DNA of 32,000 nt from contig NW_008806293.1 in the NCBI RefSeq assembly GCF_000400465.1, positions 154,280-186,279 on the forward strand. The letters run 5' to 3'. The stretch is from Wallemia ichthyophaga EXF-994 (lineage: Eukaryota > Fungi > Basidiomycota). Under the pieces are notes generated by a model. That model was not told the DNA's origin and did not search any database. It was given only the letters and a program-made list of their open reading frames with translations. The position numbers were made by a program, and so were the translations under genes. This document shows positions 30,375 to 32,000 of the stretch, one piece after another (positions within the stretch are counted from its first letter, which is position 1; every line of letters begins with the position of its first letter).

Positions 30375-32000
30375 GATCTCGTTGTCTGAAGTAAAGGAAT
30401 AAACTCCCTACGATCGGCAGAGACTTTCGCACGAGACTCAAACATCGGAAGCAGCTTAATAGCAGGGTTCTCGGACATGTTAGATGTATCCTCGGCTTGC
30501 AGCCTTTCCAGCCAGTCACTATAGCTCACTAGTGTGATACCAGCGCCTCTTTTGTTCAAATACTCTGCCACCACGTTAAAGACCGCGCTCCAGCTCGTTG
30601 GGCGTGGGTGCACGATGTGTAAAAGATCATGTGTTTTGCCTAGACTTCTTCTGTTGTGCGCAAAGTCTACTATGGCTTGCGCGGCATTGTCTAGCGAAAT
30701 CCATTCGACCAAGTCATCTCCATTTGGAAGACACTTGAGGGCGAGGCCAGACTTAATAATTGCTGGTACCCAATTGGAAGAATTCCAGAAACCTGACTTT
30801 CTATCACCGCACAGCTGTCCAATTCGAAGGACTGTCGTTGGTAGTCCCGTCGTCTGTGAGGCGGTGGCCAAGATTCGCTCACCAACAAACTTGCTCTCAC
30901 CATATCCCATTCCAACTGCGATTGCGGGGTCTGAGATTGGCTCCTCGAATGTTTTTCTGCCGACTGGCCAGCGTGCAAGACTTCCGATCGATGACGTGAA
31001 AATGACTGCAGCACCTTGACTTGATGTGATCGCAAGGTTGGTAAGATTAACCACACCGGAAATATCCTGCTCAAATGACTGCAAGGCGACGTTGAAATCG
31101 ACTCTCCAGGCGTTGTGAATGATCACGTCTACTTTAGCACTAATTTCCAAGTAAATGGTCGTACTCAATCCAAGATTCGGCTTTGTCAGGTCGGCTTCGA
31201 TGAGCGACAGCTTTGGAGAGTCTAGAATATCGTCTACTGTAATACCCTTCTCAGCAAGACTGTCCGCCTGACGTTGCTTGAGACTCTTGTGGGCGTGAGT
31301 ACGGTTAATAGCATAGACATGCTCAACGTTTGCATCTTCCATGAGCGTTTGCAGCAGCTGAGCTCCTAGACCACCAGTCGTACCAGTCAAGACAACATTT
31401 TTGCCTTCCCCTACTGGCTGCACCCATCCTTGCTTAGGCTTGCTATTGAGCTTGCGTGAGTGCAACGCGATTGTCGCGCTGATCTCAGCAGCCTTCGTGG
31501 CCACAATATCTTCTTCTGACATTTGCTTGCCGTCATCGTTCAGTAGCTTCTCAATGAAATTAGACAGAAGAGTCAACTTTGGGTGCTGGAAAGCGACTGT
31601 CCCACCTAAAGTTACATTCTTGATAGGTTTTAAAGCTGCAACGAGCTTGTTGCGGATATTCGTGGCCTGCATAGAGTCCATACCTTGAGAGACAAGGTCG
31701 ACGTCGTCCTCGACATTATTGCCGATCACTGATTTTACAATCGCAGAGACAGACGCAGGCACGTCATCGATATCGAATGTAATTGAGTCAGCACCGACAT
31801 TGTCGACGTTATTGTAAGCTTGGACAATTTCCTTATCATAGAGCTCCACTGCTGGCTTACGCTTGACTGGTTAGTGTCAGTGGGGGTGTCGCCGATACTT
31901 CGAAAAGTATACTCACTGGTGCGCTTCGGTGTGATCGGATGATGCTGAGACGAGTGGATTTTCATTGATAATGCGCTCAATTGGCTCGGGATTTGTCTTT
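30278..32000 (-). CDS. NRPS-like A-T-R carboxylic acid reductase, C-terminal part (T and thioester-reductase domains); 5' end is beyond the window; intron 31916-31867
   Basis: Ppant site GMDSMQA, Rossmann LTGTTGGLG, IIHNAWRVDFN, GYGESK and LRIGQLCG. Splicing gives TPKRTIKRKPAVELYDKEI, resembling the end of an A domain. Confidence 0.88.

Noticed and set aside
30278-32000. Glycine betaine reductase (A-T-R-R) as an osmolyte-related call for the NRPS-like gene
   Set aside because: Only one reductase domain follows the T domain before the stop.
1-32000. Transposons, CRISPR arrays, rRNA, prokaryotic defence systems, HGT islands
   Set aside because: No transposase/RT/integrase ORFs, long terminal repeats or spaced repeat arrays were seen. 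Most genes carry host-type short introns and the intronless ones are typical eukaryotic genes.

Overview
Gene-dense eukaryotic (fungal, basidiomycete-like) nuclear DNA. I count 18 protein-coding genes with a supported call, one intron-containing tRNA and a 3' gene fragment at the left edge. The 24 spliceosomal introns I could place by hand are all 44-56 nt, and the intergenic gaps are tiny. This compaction, plus a class I hydrophobin, is consistent with a Wallemia-type xerophile/halophile (inference, not proven). Left to right: unknown 3' fragment, SMP+C2 tricalbin/Mug190-like protein, EMW1/TTC27, C19 deubiquitinase, tRNA-Val(CAC), membrane J-domain protein, SNF1/AMPK beta subunit, ribosomal P1, NADPH oxidase NoxB, an orphan with two Crinkler-N-terminal-like domains, Gyp8/TBC1D20-like Rab GAP, mitochondrial DNA polymerase gamma, a head-to-head pair of MDR alkenal reductases, a PfkB-fold probable pseudokinase, a head-to-head SDR/2-hydroxyacid dehydrogenase pair, NUS1, hydrophobin, and the T-R end of an NRPS-like reductase. 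No transposon, CRISPR array or rRNA was seen. The best leads are the tandem Crinkler-like orphan, the sugar-acid mini-cluster with a catalytically degenerate PfkB, a Val tRNA on an Ile-like body with U73, a cryptic stop-interrupted small gene missed by the ORF track, and an internal duplication in Pol gamma. All exon boundaries and family calls were made by eye; no searches were run.
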